This document shows, one piece after another, positions 63,844-64,000 of a stretch of DNA of 64,000 nucleotides (position 1 is the stretch's first letter; each line of letters opens with the position of its first letter). The notes under the pieces were generated by a model. It saw only the letters and a list, made by a program, of their open reading frames with translations, had not been told where the DNA came from and searched no databases. The DNA is from a virus (taxonomy: Duplodnaviria > Heunggongvirae > Uroviricota > Caudoviricetes): positions 1-64,000 of IMG/VR virus record IMGVR_UViG_3300001528_000174; one strand, 5' to 3'. Position numbers and translations under genes: made by a program.

Positions 63844-64000
63844 AGTACTCAAATAAAGAGATTATATCAAAATAGTAAAGAGTTTGTACCTATAACGTTA
63901 GCAGAAGCAGTAGTAGTTAATACTACTAATATACCAGGTTTGCAGTCTTTAGGAATTACTACTTTAGATAAAGTATTAAGAACTACACTGGGAATAGTAG
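63841..64000 (+). CDS. Hypothetical protein, 5' partial since it runs off the window end
   Basis: Reads MSTQIKRLYQNSKEFVPITLAEAVVVNTTNIPGLQSLGITTLDKVLRTTLGIV.... Confidence 0.3.
   Translation, partial: MSTQIKRLYQNSKEFVPITLAEAVVVNTTNIPGLQSLGITTLDKVLRTTLGIV

Noticed and set aside
30243-64000. Possibility that TGA is also recoded (to Trp or Gly)
   Set aside because: Many late genes terminate cleanly at TGA, for example 39721, 45305 and 49383, and no long frame required TGA read-through.

Overview
This window is an AT-rich (~30% GC) segment of a tailed dsDNA phage genome. Its gene content, tRNA load and coding style resemble crAss-like or other gut Bacteroidota phages, but that placement cannot be proven from sequence alone. 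There are no rRNA genes, CRISPR arrays or transposases. The window has two coding regimes.

Regime 1 (1 to about 29.9 kb): almost all genes are on the minus strand and have intact standard-code ORFs, so these look like early or middle genes. They include a nicotinamide phosphoribosyltransferase (NAMPT/NadV) auxiliary metabolic gene cut by the window edge, a flotillin-like SPFH protein next to an AAA+ ATPase, a four-member paralogue family, and many small hypothetical proteins. Two minus-strand tRNA arrays sit here (8.38-9.95 kb and 21.06-23.49 kb) with about 15 tRNAs biased toward AT-rich codons, plus several tRNA-like genes with atypical arms. One small GC-rich gene (29440-29841) looks foreign.

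Regime 2 (about 30.2 to 64 kb): the six-frame track shows only fragments because TAG is an in-frame sense codon. Genes end with TAA or TGA and carry many in-frame TAGs. TAG sits inside CAA/CAG-rich glutamine tracts, which points to TAG being read as Gln. This recoded region has a minus-strand block (31.56-38.88 kb) with an HNH endonuclease, a holin-like protein and large virion-type proteins. A divergent AT-rich promoter region separates it from a plus-strand late block (39.0-64 kb). The late block encodes a PD-(D/E)xK nuclease, a GroES-like protein, a large terminase (42875-45307), a portal (45551-47722), tail-fibre proteins and a roughly 2062-aa giant tail protein with leucine-rich repeats.

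The most notable system is a diversity-generating retroelement (DGR) at 52239-56006. A tail-fibre target gene carries a C-terminal variable repeat (VR1, 54180-54275). Downstream is a GC-rich template repeat (TR, 54486-54581) that differs from VR1 only at TR adenines. After that comes a reverse transcriptase (54747-56006) with a YADD catalytic motif, and it contains in-frame TAG codons itself. A second, diverged VR-like repeat lies about 52 kb away on the minus strand inside standard-code gene 1624..2235. A split tRNA-like gene (30744-31034) at the start of the recoded region can be read as an amber-suppressor tRNA(CUA) interrupted by a roughly 219-nt intron obeying group I splice-site rules.

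Coordinates taken from the ORF track are exact. Coordinates I worked out by hand, especially for recoded genes and tRNAs, are approximate (about +/-3 nt). Two hand-checked sites (about 36391 and 54747) showed a 1-nt disagreement with the track.
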